From Candidatus Obscuribacterales bacterium (GTDB taxonomy: Bacteria > Cyanobacteriota > Vampirovibrionia > Obscuribacterales > Obscuribacteraceae), in assembly GCA_965228855.1 (NCBI GenBank), contig CBDDIJ010000005.1:128001-192000 (forward strand): a stretch of 64,000 nucleotides of DNA, given 5' to 3'. The position numbers and the translations under genes were made by a program. The notes beneath the pieces are model-generated. The model made no database searches. It was not told where the DNA came from and saw only the letters and a list, made by a program, of their open reading frames with translations. The stretch's first letter is position 1, and every line of letters starts with the position of its first letter. This document shows, one piece after another, positions 31,345 to 40,904 of this stretch.

Positions 31345-32007
31345 ATGACCAAGATTTCGATTTTCATTGTTGAAGATTTCGAGCTGCTACGCGATGGACT
31401 GCGTGCCTCGATCAATCGTGAAGAAGATATGGAATGCATAGGTGAGGCGTCGGATGGCTTGACTGCCGTTCATAAAGTGTGCGCGCTCAAACCCGAAGTG
31501 GTAATCATGGACATCGGTCTGCCCCAGATGGATGGCATCGCCGCCACTCGCGAGATTCGTCAACAGGCGCCTGAAACAAAAATAGTAATGCTGACTTCGC
31601 ACGATGATGACACTGAAATTTTTGCGGCATTTGCATCCGGCGCATCAGGCTATTGCATGAAGGACACCGCCTCGCAAACCCTGAAACTAGCGATTCGCTC
31701 GGTTCATCAGGGAGCAGCTTGGTTTGATCCAAGAATAGCTTCGCGCTTATTAAACGATATGGTGTCAGGAAACCAAAATTCATTTGCTCAAACTCCATCT
31801 AAATCATCCCCAGTCGAGTTGTCTGAACGTGAAATCGAAGTTCTGAAACTCATCACCGATGGTCTCGGAAACAAAGAAATTGCCACAAAATTACAGATCA
31901 ACGTCTCAACTGTGCGCACCCACGTCGAACATATTCTGGAAAAACTTTCCGCTTCCGGCAGAACAGACGCCGCGGTCAAGGCACTCCGACTGGGACTGGT
32001 CAACTAA
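31345..32007 (+). CDS. NarL/FixJ-family response regulator (REC + LuxR HTH)
   Basis: IVEDF, IMDIGLPQMDG, LSEREIEVLKLITDGLGNKEIA..L.I...TVRTHVEHILEKL. Start uncertain (31312-31345). Confidence 0.93.
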   Translation: MTKISIFIVEDFELLRDGLRASINREEDMECIGEASDGLTAVHKVCALKPEVVIMDIGLPQMDGIAATREIRQQAPETKIVMLTSHDDDTEIFAAFASGASGYCMKDTASQTLKLAIRSVHQGAAWFDPRIASRLLNDMVSGNQNSFAQTPSKSSPVELSEREIEVLKLITDGLGNKEIATKLQINVSTVRTHVEHILEKLSASGRTDAAVKALRLGLVN

Positions 32008-32111
32008 CAGTAAGTAAACAAACAAACAAACAAGCAGCATTTAGCGATTGAGAATCAAAAATTTAGAACCAGACTTGAGATCTGCCAACGCAATTGCAGA
32101 GACTCGCACCA

Positions 32112-32396
32112 TTAGTTGTCGGTGTTGTCGATAACGCTCACGATAATTTGACGCATTCTCTTATGCGCAACTCTTGCCGCATCAGCATCATTGCTATCCT
32201 CGTGAAGTTCAACCAGCTCCAGAAGAACAACCGCAACGGGAATGCTCATCAAACCGAAACGGTCTTCTGCTTTTCTCAATGCATGTTTCAAGAGCGTTTC
32301 CGCAGCCTTGAGGTCTCCCTTCTTGCGACATCGTCCAGCTATGCTCACGAGTCCGTGAAGCTCAGAGTTCAAACAACCTTTCTCCATATTCATCAT
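32112..32396 (-). CDS. Small TPR-like protein
   Basis: GDLKAAETLLKHALRKAEDRFG helix pair; GAGG RBS upstream. Confidence 0.65.
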   Translation of the reverse strand: MMNMEKGCLNSELHGLVSIAGRCRKKGDLKAAETLLKHALRKAEDRFGLMSIPVAVVLLELVELHEDSNDADAARVAHKRMRQIIVSVIDNTDN

Positions 32397-32586
32397 TTCT
32401 GCACCTCGCTATTAAAAGGGGTTCCGCTGAACCGCCGTCGCTGTGTCGGCGGGCGAAAGTGCCGTAGACAAACTGACTGCATACTTGCTTCTGTGTTCCG
32501 AGCAATCGATTAAATTCAGAGAGAATTTTTTGTTCGGCTGCCGGGCGGCTAATAATTCAATCCTAGATGGCGCCTTCGTTCCCAGA

Positions 32587-32628
32587 CATCCACCTTTTGG
32601 CAAAAGTCCATCCGTCATTTGACGGATG
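32587..32628. promoter_or_regulatory. Tandem inverted-repeat sites, candidate NarL-family operators
   Basis: Perfect CATCCGTCA-TT-TGACGGATG plus a related site CATCCACCTTTTGGCAAAAG 22 bp away, upstream of the small TPR gene. Confidence 0.4.
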
Positions 32629-32686
32629 CGAAAATAGGTGACCGGATCAACAACATCGGAGTTCCCGAAAATGGCTTCCGAACAGC

Positions 32687-35161
32687 TTATACACGCGACT
32701 GAAGCGCTTCCAAAAAGTTCTGTTCAGTCAGGCGAGCACTCAAAATTTCGCTTTGTACGCTTAAAATTGCGAAACTTTCGTCCGCCGGAGCCACATCCGC
32801 GCGTACTAGAGCGATGGTACAGCCCTCGTCCAGCGGACAATCAACAAACGGTTGAAATTTGTTTTGTACAAGGAAATTCAAATCAGCTGCTACCAGACCA
32901 ATCGGCGCTCCACCTTGTTTTAATACGCTTGCAGTTGTCGCGAACGTCCAGCGAGACTTTTCTCCCGCACCGCAAGCATCCTGATTCTCAAGCTCAGAAG
33001 GAAGATTACCATCGCAAAGATATCCGCGAATACCAACGATCTCAGAAACTTGGTCTGTTCCCAACTGCGCACAATCGCTCATTACTCGAAGTGCGACAGG
33101 CAAGCTGAAAGGGCGCTCAGCGTCGCCAAAGCTGCGATAGACGATTGTTCTCACATTGGGCATCGTTTGGTTTATCGCTTGCAAAATATCGAGCAAACTA
33201 GCTCCGACAAAATTCGCGTCGATAAAAATGGCGGATGGTTTGACGGATTCCGTTACAGGCAGCGCATCTTCCGCGCGCGAGACCCGGCGACAGCCGATGC
33301 CGTTCTTCATCAGTGCCTTGTGCATGATCTGGATCACTGCGTCGTTATCACTAACCACGAGTGTATGTTTAATCGCATTGACGATCATCGTTCCACTGGC
33401 TCTAGGAGCGCGTCCAAGTGCTTTCAGCTCAAACCAGAACGTACTACCTTTGCCTTCTGCGCTTATCAAACCGACTGTTCCATCATGCTGCTGAACGACG
33501 GATTTGCAAATTGCCAGGCCCAGTCCTGGTCCAGTGAGTGATGAAGGCGTGGAAGAATGTCCGATGTTATGAAATTTTTCAAACAGCGTTGGCTGCTTGT
33601 CGGCAGGAATGCCCTTGCCGCTGTCGACCACTGAAAATCGGACGTTGCCGCTCTGCCGCAAAACGGCTTGGACCTGCACTTCACCGCCTTCATCGGAGTG
33701 TTTCACTGCGTTCGAAATAAAGTTCGTCAGTACCTGTATTATTCGCTCGCGGTCTGCCGATACAAATGCCTCTTCGGCAAGAGCGATGGTGATTTTGACG
33801 TTACGACTGTCGGCAAACTTCTGCATTCCGAGCACACTTTGATTTATTAGCTCTTCAACCTTAACCACCTCACGGTGAAACTGCATGCGCCCCGCCTCGA
33901 GTTTCCGAACATCGAGAATGTCGTTGACAATCTTCAACAGCTTCTCCGTCCCCTGGCGCGCAATCTTCAGCATTGCACGACCGTCTTCGGAATCGAGTGT
34001 TACCAGTCCCTCGTCGAGCAGCGCGAGAGAACCACGAAGCGAAGTGAGCGGTGTTCGCAATTCATGAGACACCATGCCGTATAGATCGGATACATGAGAC
34101 TCGGCTTCCTTCTGTCTGGTTACGTCCCGCGCCGTTAAGGAAATGATCGCGGTATCGCCTGCAGTGCCTACAATCTCCACGATGCTGGTTGACACAAAAA
34201 GCAAATCCCCGTCACGCGTCTCGAATTGCACTTCAAATGCCGGTAAACGCGGAAAGTTTCGCAGCTCGGAGACATTGTTCCAATATGTCTTTCGATAATC
34301 TTCAGGCAAAATCGTATTGAGATGTTTCCCCTTGATCTCAAACTTGCTATACCCGAGAAGCTGCTCAGCCCCCAGGTTCCAACTGGTAATCTTTCCTTCG
34401 AGGTTATGGAAAATAATAGCGTCACTGCTGTTTTTAACTAAACTGGCATATCGGTTATTGCGCTCGATTTCCGTTGTTTCAGCCTGGGACGCGGGTGGCT
34501 CAAAGCTGTCTGCACTGTCCGAAGACATTGGTCGACGATTGGAGTCGTCGAATTGCAATTCAAGCTCGGCATTCTCAAATGTTTCACTCTGCACCTTCCA
34601 ATCTTTAGCCTGGTAGTGACTGCAAACTGCCAGGCATATCGCACTCTCAAGGGCTAGAAACAGCAAACAGACGGTTGGAGGCGAATAAATCTGAAGCGAC
34701 GTGATCCAGAGAAGAATCAAAACAGAAACAACAGCCTGCACAACGGCAACCTGAGTGTTCCGATATAGCCCGGCAAGCAACATCGCGAGCGCCAGTCCAC
34801 ACAGAAGAACGTCGCCACTCCTCAGCACAGCCGCTGCCGCAATTGAGAGGAGCGTCTGAGATGCTACTACCGCCAACGCGGACCAGCCGGCGTTAGCATG
34901 CCTGCGGAGCGTGAGGCTAGTAACAACCAGAATAGAGATTCCTAAAAACGCATAGAGACAGCCCGATAGCCAGTGTTGCTGAACCACCACAAAAACGGTA
35001 GAAAGCATTGTTTCCGCAATCAGAAATTTGAAAAGGTAGTTCTTTCCAAGGTCATAGGCATACCTGGACCGAACATCCTCGACCAACTCGGGGAGTGTCC
35101 TTACCTGTCCATCGATCGTTGCAATTCGGCGAGGCATATCGGCTCTAACGAGGGATGCCAT
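32687..35161 (-). CDS. Membrane-bound PAS sensor histidine kinase with degenerate C-terminal receiver-like region
   Basis: Multiple N-terminal TMs, PAS (SSDAII..ITSWNLGAEQLLGY), SHELRTPL, NFISNAVKHS, DSGKGIP, GLGLAICK. Confidence 0.9.
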   Translation of the reverse strand: MASLVRADMPRRIATIDGQVRTLPELVEDVRSRYAYDLGKNYLFKFLIAETMLSTVFVVVQQHWLSGCLYAFLGISILVVTSLTLRRHANAGWSALAVVASQTLLSIAAAAVLRSGDVLLCGLALAMLLAGLYRNTQVAVVQAVVSVLILLWITSLQIYSPPTVCLLFLALESAICLAVCSHYQAKDWKVQSETFENAELELQFDDSNRRPMSSDSADSFEPPASQAETTEIERNNRYASLVKNSSDAIIFHNLEGKITSWNLGAEQLLGYSKFEIKGKHLNTILPEDYRKTYWNNVSELRNFPRLPAFEVQFETRDGDLLFVSTSIVEIVGTAGDTAIISLTARDVTRQKEAESHVSDLYGMVSHELRTPLTSLRGSLALLDEGLVTLDSEDGRAMLKIARQGTEKLLKIVNDILDVRKLEAGRMQFHREVVKVEELINQSVLGMQKFADSRNVKITIALAEEAFVSADRERIIQVLTNFISNAVKHSDEGGEVQVQAVLRQSGNVRFSVVDSGKGIPADKQPTLFEKFHNIGHSSTPSSLTGPGLGLAICKSVVQQHDGTVGLISAEGKGSTFWFELKALGRAPRASGTMIVNAIKHTLVVSDNDAVIQIMHKALMKNGIGCRRVSRAEDALPVTESVKPSAIFIDANFVGASLLDILQAINQTMPNVRTIVYRSFGDAERPFSLPVALRVMSDCAQLGTDQVSEIVGIRGYLCDGNLPSELENQDACGAGEKSRWTFATTASVLKQGGAPIGLVAADLNFLVQNKFQPFVDCPLDEGCTIALVRADVAPADESFAILSVQSEILSARLTEQNFLEALQSRV

Positions 35162-35206
35162 TGGATTCGGTTTCTTGTTAAATTATTCGCGAACTGCAGC
35201 AGTTTA

Positions 35207-35245
35207 AAACCTCCCACCGACTATCTGAGAGCCGTTGGGAGGTTT
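35207..35245 (-). terminator. Intrinsic terminator of the Q/R-rich gene
   Basis: Minus strand AAACCTCCCA-ACGGCT-loop-AGTCGG-TGGGAGGTTT followed by T. Confidence 0.6.
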
Positions 35246-35267
35246 GAAGATTGGCGTGAAACAGTCG

Positions 35268-36539
35268 CTAACGGCCCTGACGGCGGTCGCCGCGCGGCTG
35301 CTGCTGTTGCTGCGGCGGGATGCGCGGAACTTCGCGATGCTGCTGCGGCTGTGGACGGGGCATCTCGCGATGAGGTTGAGGCTGCGGCTGGATTCTCGGC
35401 ATCTCCCGGTGAGGCTGAGGCTGCATTCTCGGAATTTCGCGGTGTTGCTCGTGTCTCCGGTCATCGCGCGGTTGAGGCTCAAATCGCGGCAGGGGAGGCT
35501 GCTCACGTCGCTGGATCGGCTGTTGATCCGGACGGCGATCGAACCGCGGCTGGTCCTGGCGCCAGTCACGACGCTGATCGGACTGATCTTGTCTGGGAGG
35601 AATTTCGAGGCGTGGACGGCGTCCGTCGTCTTGCCGAGGATGTTGCCAGCGAGGCGGCGGTTGCTCGCCAAAACGAGGCGGTTGTCTGTTGTCTTGTCCC
35701 TGCTGTTGCTGCCTCAGGCGCTGTTGCTCTTGCAACCATCGCATCCGCTGTTGCTGCTCCTGCTGCCAATCCTGTTGGCTCTGCTGCTGGCGCCATCTCT
35801 GACCTTGATCGTATCTGGGATCCTGTTGACGCCAACGCGGGTCCTGCCCCTGGCGCCAGGGCTGCTGTCCTTGATTCCACTGTTGGTGTTGACCGCCATT
35901 CCAGAAATTTGGATTCCTCTGAACATATTGCTGGCTGCGATCGAAATAGCGCCGGTAGTTGCTGTCATCCTGATACGGATAATCTCGATACTGGCGTCCC
36001 CACTGACCGTCATTCTGCGGATACCAACCACCCTGGCTGTCCATCCAGTTCTGCCGGTAGTGCGGGCGATTTTGCCAACGACTGAATTGGCCGTTTAGTA
36101 GATGACCGACGAACATCGATGTGATCATTGCGAAAGGGTCGAAACGATTAGCTTCGATGTATCGGCCATCGGAATATCTTGGATAGGGCTGCTCAGGCGC
36201 ACCTTTGATGATCGCAACTTGCTCCTGACCATACTTACGGCTATCTACAACCACGCTGCGATCGCCTGTGTCAATCCAATCAACGCCACCATTCGGGCTT
36301 GGGACCTGACGCACCATTGGTTGTATTTTGAGATCAGCACCGACGTTAGGTTCATCATATTGTTGTATTCGCTGCAACAGGTCGATCGCCAGTGGCCCTG
36401 GTCGGTCGTATAGTTCTTGACGAATGACATCCGCGGCAGTGCGTGGGTCTTGCTGGTCGAGCATCAACCCGATTCGATCTGCTGTTCGTCTGTTTTCGTC
36501 GCAGGCCTGCTGTCCGAATTGTTCGCAGTTCATGCCCAT
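35268..36539 (-). CDS. Hypothetical protein with small N-terminal domain and long Q/R/P/aromatic low-complexity tail
   Basis: AGAGG 6 nt before ATG 36539; HRE[IMV]PR x4 and DPR[WY] repeats; terminator directly downstream. Confidence 0.75.
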   Translation of the reverse strand: MGMNCEQFGQQACDENRRTADRIGLMLDQQDPRTAADVIRQELYDRPGPLAIDLLQRIQQYDEPNVGADLKIQPMVRQVPSPNGGVDWIDTGDRSVVVDSRKYGQEQVAIIKGAPEQPYPRYSDGRYIEANRFDPFAMITSMFVGHLLNGQFSRWQNRPHYRQNWMDSQGGWYPQNDGQWGRQYRDYPYQDDSNYRRYFDRSQQYVQRNPNFWNGGQHQQWNQGQQPWRQGQDPRWRQQDPRYDQGQRWRQQQSQQDWQQEQQQRMRWLQEQQRLRQQQQGQDNRQPPRFGEQPPPRWQHPRQDDGRRPRLEIPPRQDQSDQRRDWRQDQPRFDRRPDQQPIQRREQPPLPRFEPQPRDDRRHEQHREIPRMQPQPHREMPRIQPQPQPHREMPRPQPQQHREVPRIPPQQQQQPRGDRRQGR

Positions 36540-36933
36540 GCAATGCCTCTTTTTGTGCCAGGGTGACAATGAAAATGATGCCAGCGAAACGAGTGAAGAG
36601 GAATGGTGCAATCACGAAGTTGACGACATTATTTTCGCGAAGCTTTTGACAGCTCAAAACACTGTATCAGCCAGCCTTTCGAGAGAGCAGACCCGTTCTC
36701 ACAAAAACACTATAATACCAGATATGGTAGCGCCCGCGGTGCAGACGCTACGAAACACGATAAAGTCAAAATCCAAGTGACCTGACGATAACTTTCAAGC
36801 GTGACGGTATCGTGACCTCAAGCAGGTCGGCCGGTGCGATTGTACAAAAACTTGAAATACCGATGCTCTTGGGATATTCGATATACTTGGATGGGAATAA
36901 ACAGAAGCACGCAGAGGTTTTCTCAGGACTGTT

Positions 36934-38115
36934 ATGTACAATACGGCGGGCAAAACGTTTAAAGAATTAGCTCTGGATATTAACTTCTGGAGACAGCTCA
37001 ATCCGGATTTGACGATCACGGAATACTCGCGGTCTGATTGGGGTCCTTATCGACTGACTGCGCAGCAGAAGAAGGATGTTCGCGAGAGCCTGATCGAAGA
37101 AGGCTACTTTCACCTCAATTCGGTTTTCGATCCCGCGGAGCTAAAGAAGCTGGCAGACGCCGCCAAAGTATTGCATAGAGAGCAATGGCCAACAGTATTC
37201 GCTTTTGTTTACGACGAGTTCTGGCATATACAAAATCGCTACCGGGACATTCTCACCGAGATGCTCGGTAAGGAACACAGATTAATGCCCAATATCTGGG
37301 TGTTCTACATAAACCCGGATAACGAAAGCAAGGGCTGGGGGCCCCATAGAGACCGGCAAAAGATTGTGAATTTGAGACCGGATGGAACACCCTTATCAAT
37401 CAACTTCTGGACACCGCTCACAGATGCCACTCCATTAAATGGCTGTATGTATGCGCTCCCCGCAAATCGAGACAGATATTACTCGACCAATACAAGCACA
37501 ACCTTGGCCGAGGACCTTCAGGACATTCGCGCGTTACCTGCACCAGTTGGTTCCGTGCTGGGCTGGAATGAGACAGTCTTCCACTGGGGAGCGCGTTCCA
37601 GCAATCGAGCTAGCGAGCCGCGCATTGCGATCGCCTCAGTTTTTCAAAGCACCGAATGCGGTGCATTCGAGACTCCACTCTTGCCGGTAGGGCAACTGTT
37701 GCCGTTTGAGATGCGCGTTGGTTTAATCGCACAACAGTTTTCTAGATTTATCGTGCAGGACAGCTTTTCTCCCGCCGTGCAACAACTATCTCAAGAGCTT
37801 GCCCCATACTTTGGCGAAACCATTCGAATTCTCGACGACGGCTGGCGGTACTGGGACATAATGAGTGATGAGCCTGATCCGCTGAAAGAGGAAGCGATTG
37901 AAAAAACCGGTTCCAATCAGCTTCCAACACCGCCACGAGGTTTCGAGAAGGGTCGTGTGTTCAAGTCGACGTTTGAAGAAATTCGCCAGGCGCGGAGCAA
38001 TCCCAGCGAAATCGACGAACCCGGCAGTAAAAAGACTTCGGCGGACGGCGCTACTGGAAGTGATGAACAAAAGGCCGAGTCAAAAAACTGGCTCGAAAAG
38101 CTGGGTCTGAAATAG
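36934..38115 (+). CDS. PhyH-like Fe(II)/2-oxoglutarate dioxygenase
   Basis: EEGYF, WGPHRD (HxD), WTPLTDATPLNGCMY, distal FHWG and PRIA. Confidence 0.8.
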   Translation: MYNTAGKTFKELALDINFWRQLNPDLTITEYSRSDWGPYRLTAQQKKDVRESLIEEGYFHLNSVFDPAELKKLADAAKVLHREQWPTVFAFVYDEFWHIQNRYRDILTEMLGKEHRLMPNIWVFYINPDNESKGWGPHRDRQKIVNLRPDGTPLSINFWTPLTDATPLNGCMYALPANRDRYYSTNTSTTLAEDLQDIRALPAPVGSVLGWNETVFHWGARSSNRASEPRIAIASVFQSTECGAFETPLLPVGQLLPFEMRVGLIAQQFSRFIVQDSFSPAVQQLSQELAPYFGETIRILDDGWRYWDIMSDEPDPLKEEAIEKTGSNQLPTPPRGFEKGRVFKSTFEEIRQARSNPSEIDEPGSKKTSADGATGSDEQKAESKNWLEKLGLK

Positions 38116-38285
38116 GTCTCCCATCGGAACGTATCGTTCACGAAAGTTTCACCTAGTGCCCCAAAAGCCCCACAGGCGAACAATATCACAATCAACAATG
38201 CGTAAATTCCCCAGTGACTTATTGGTTAAATAAGTACACAATACTGTTCTCTTACGCTCCTGTAAAAACGTTGGCGAGTGAAATC

Positions 38286-40802
38286 ATGGACGGTGTGCCC
38301 CTGGATTCCAGGCAAGGCGCAACTTTTGCGCCGGTTATAAACGCACTCGATGCAGCCTTCTCTGAGAGGTCATTGCGCGAGTTAGATAAGGACGCAAAGC
38401 TCGACGGTAAGAACGTCACGATTCAGAATGACAAAGTTCAGTCGCTTCCACTGTCCGGCGACTTTTTGAACGGCAACATCAAGATCGATTCGCTCGATTT
38501 AAAGAAAGAAGTCAAATTTGAAATCGACCAGAAGTCGAAAACCGCATCCAATATAAGCGGCGTAACCTTGAACCTGACCATATTCGGATCGCCCTATGAG
38601 ATGGAAGTTTCCAAAGTTCGCCTGGGTCACGACGCCAAAGGACAAAAGACTCTATTTACGGAAATGAAAAATCCTTTGCCGGAACCCGGCCAGAGGATTG
38701 TCGGAATGCCTCCCTCATTCTCGGTTGAAATTCCAGTCACTGATAATGGTCTGCAAGCACCACTACTGAGTAAGGTCTTCGCTGACGCCGCCTCCTCGAC
38801 CGGTCCTTCGATAGCAGGTCTTTTGTCTGCAGACGCACTAAACGAAGCATCGAATGTCGCATTATTTGTCGAATCCAATCCGAAGTGGGTTCAGCACGTT
38901 GTTGAGCCAGCTTTGCAGGACATTCTTAGACATCTGGTGACGAAGCCCGCAAACACTGGAGGACGTATTGACGCCGCGCTAGCGCAACCTGCCCGTCCGA
39001 CACCACCCATGGTGACACCCGTCAGCTTCCCTGGTAACGGTCAATGGAAGCCGACACCGGCAGCGGTATCAGCGCCATCAAAACTCGACATCACCAAACC
39101 TGGTGATTATCTTCAGACGATGACAATTGAGGGGGCGGAGCGCAAGTATCACGTTCACGTTCCGCCCAGCTATAACGGCAAGACTCCAATGCCAATGGTC
39201 ATCTTGCTCCACGGCCACGGTCAAGACGGAAAGACGATCGCGCAACACACGAAGTTCGATCAGATGGCCAATCGCGAAGGTTTCATCGCAGTTTACCCTG
39301 ACGCAAGAAGTTGGGCCGGTCGGGACGAATGGCGCGCGTGGGACACTGATAACGGTTTGATCCCACCGGGAGCTGACGCCGACGATGTTTCGTTCATGCG
39401 CCAGATCATAGACCGTACTGAGAAAGACTACAAAGTCGACCCGAAGCGAATCTATATGGCTGGACTTTCCAACGGCGGAATGATGAGCTTTCGAGCAGCC
39501 GGTGAACTGTCGGATAAGCTCGCGGCGATCGCAGTCGTTAGCGGGGCCATGAGCGGCAACGAACCGCCGCCGAAGCAGCCACTTTCAGTCATGAATATTC
39601 ATGGCACCGAAGACGGTATCGTTCCCTACGACGGGTTGAAGAACGTCCCCTCCTCGCTGGCGGCGATCGGTCTGCCTCGGTTTAAGCCGATGGATTATGC
39701 CACCAATTTCTGGGTCGAACAGAACAAAATTACGAATCCACCGATTGTGCTACGCAATGAGAATGTCGTGGAGCGTCGATTCATTAACGCCGACAATGGC
39801 ACGGAAGTCAACGAATACACCATCAAAGGCGGCAGACACGTTCCCGATCAGATAGATCAACTGACAGGTGAAATTTGGAAATTCTTCGAGGCACACCCGA
39901 AAGCGAGCGGACAAACATCAGGAACGCTTCAGCTTAAGGACGTCCCATTCGACTTGACAAAAAAACTCCGAACACATATCCAAACGCGTGGTATCAACGG
40001 ACTGCAAATCGACGCCGGCGACATGCTTAACGAAGTCAAATACTTGCGCGACGGAAGCCTGTCACCATCAGGCCTGATATCCGACTTTGAGAAACAATCG
40101 GGGACTACACTCAGCGATACCGCAAGTCTGTTTTTGAAGTCCACAAATTCCATTTCGAAGCAGGGACAACGCATTAAAATTGAAATGGAAAAACCTCAGG
40201 AGATTGAGATAAAGAGCGGTGGAAACCCGGTCGAAGTTAAATCGGTTCGCATCGATAATACAATGTTCGATCTGGAAAGCGAAAAGGGTAAAACGTCGTT
40301 CACCGACATTTCAGGTGTCAGTTTTAACGTGAGAGCATTCGGAACGGATATGAACGTTCCGGTCTCTGAAGTAACCCAGAAGCTAGACGGCAAGGGGGTG
40401 CCCTACTATCGTTTGAAGGCACAAAACCCGATTGGATCTTTCGCCAGAGCGGTGCTCATAGCGGACAAAGACATTCCGATAGAGATGCAATTCAACTCCA
40501 TAGGCAATAGTCAACTTCTAAATCAGCGCGAATTGAAAGACGCATCACTCGGTGTAAACCCAGTTACGAGGGGATACATAGACATCGGCCAACATGGATA
40601 TAGCATGGTCACTCAACCAAGTTGGGGATCTGCCTTACACCTGACCAAAGACGTTGGTATCATGGGCGGTTCCGCATACGGAACGTACAAACTAGCGTCG
40701 AGACTTGGAACTAAAGGACGCGTAGGTGCAGCGCTCGGAGTTGGTCTCATAGCTGCACCTGCGGTTATTCACGGCATTGAACGTCTGATCGGCAACGACT
40801 GA
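38286..40802 (+). CDS. PHB-depolymerase/LpqC-type alpha/beta esterase flanked by two copies of an unnamed domain, with Gly-rich C-terminal helices
   Basis: ILLHG, EGFIAVYPD, DDVSF, DPKRIYMAGLSNGG (nucleophile elbow), HGTEDGIVPY, GGRH. Start uncertain (38214 GTG or 38286 ATG). Confidence 0.85.
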   Translation: MDGVPLDSRQGATFAPVINALDAAFSERSLRELDKDAKLDGKNVTIQNDKVQSLPLSGDFLNGNIKIDSLDLKKEVKFEIDQKSKTASNISGVTLNLTIFGSPYEMEVSKVRLGHDAKGQKTLFTEMKNPLPEPGQRIVGMPPSFSVEIPVTDNGLQAPLLSKVFADAASSTGPSIAGLLSADALNEASNVALFVESNPKWVQHVVEPALQDILRHLVTKPANTGGRIDAALAQPARPTPPMVTPVSFPGNGQWKPTPAAVSAPSKLDITKPGDYLQTMTIEGAERKYHVHVPPSYNGKTPMPMVILLHGHGQDGKTIAQHTKFDQMANREGFIAVYPDARSWAGRDEWRAWDTDNGLIPPGADADDVSFMRQIIDRTEKDYKVDPKRIYMAGLSNGGMMSFRAAGELSDKLAAIAVVSGAMSGNEPPPKQPLSVMNIHGTEDGIVPYDGLKNVPSSLAAIGLPRFKPMDYATNFWVEQNKITNPPIVLRNENVVERRFINADNGTEVNEYTIKGGRHVPDQIDQLTGEIWKFFEAHPKASGQTSGTLQLKDVPFDLTKKLRTHIQTRGINGLQIDAGDMLNEVKYLRDGSLSPSGLISDFEKQSGTTLSDTASLFLKSTNSISKQGQRIKIEMEKPQEIEIKSGGNPVEVKSVRIDNTMFDLESEKGKTSFTDISGVSFNVRAFGTDMNVPVSEVTQKLDGKGVPYYRLKAQNPIGSFARAVLIADKDIPIEMQFNSIGNSQLLNQRELKDASLGVNPVTRGYIDIGQHGYSMVTQPSWGSALHLTKDVGIMGGSAYGTYKLASRLGTKGRVGAALGVGLIAAPAVIHGIERLIGND

Positions 40803-40853
40803 CAATCAAGGTCAAAAGGCTCAGGACTGTGACTAGAGAATAAATAAATCGAA

Positions 40854-40877
40854 GGGGCGACACATGCGCATCGCCCC
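40854..40877 (-). terminator. Terminator hairpin between convergent genes
   Basis: GGGGCGA-10 nt-TCGCCCC followed by TTCGATTTATTT on the minus strand. Confidence 0.55.
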
Positions 40878-40904
40878 ATTCCATCTTTATCGCTCTAGAA
40901 ACAA

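Noticed and set aside
32016..32033. (AAAC)4 microsatellite as a phase-variation tract
   Set aside because: It is short and lies between convergent stop codons, so slippage would affect no frame or promoter.
32400..32640. c-di-GMP or glutamine riboswitch in the leader of the small TPR gene
   Set aside because: The core conserved segments could not be matched; operator or terminator readings fit better.
34973..36098. Long + strand ORFs (370 aa and 287 aa)
   Set aside because: They are antisense shadows of the Q/R-rich gene; the Leu- and Ala-rich content mirrors CAG/CAA repeats, and the RBS and terminator support the minus strand.
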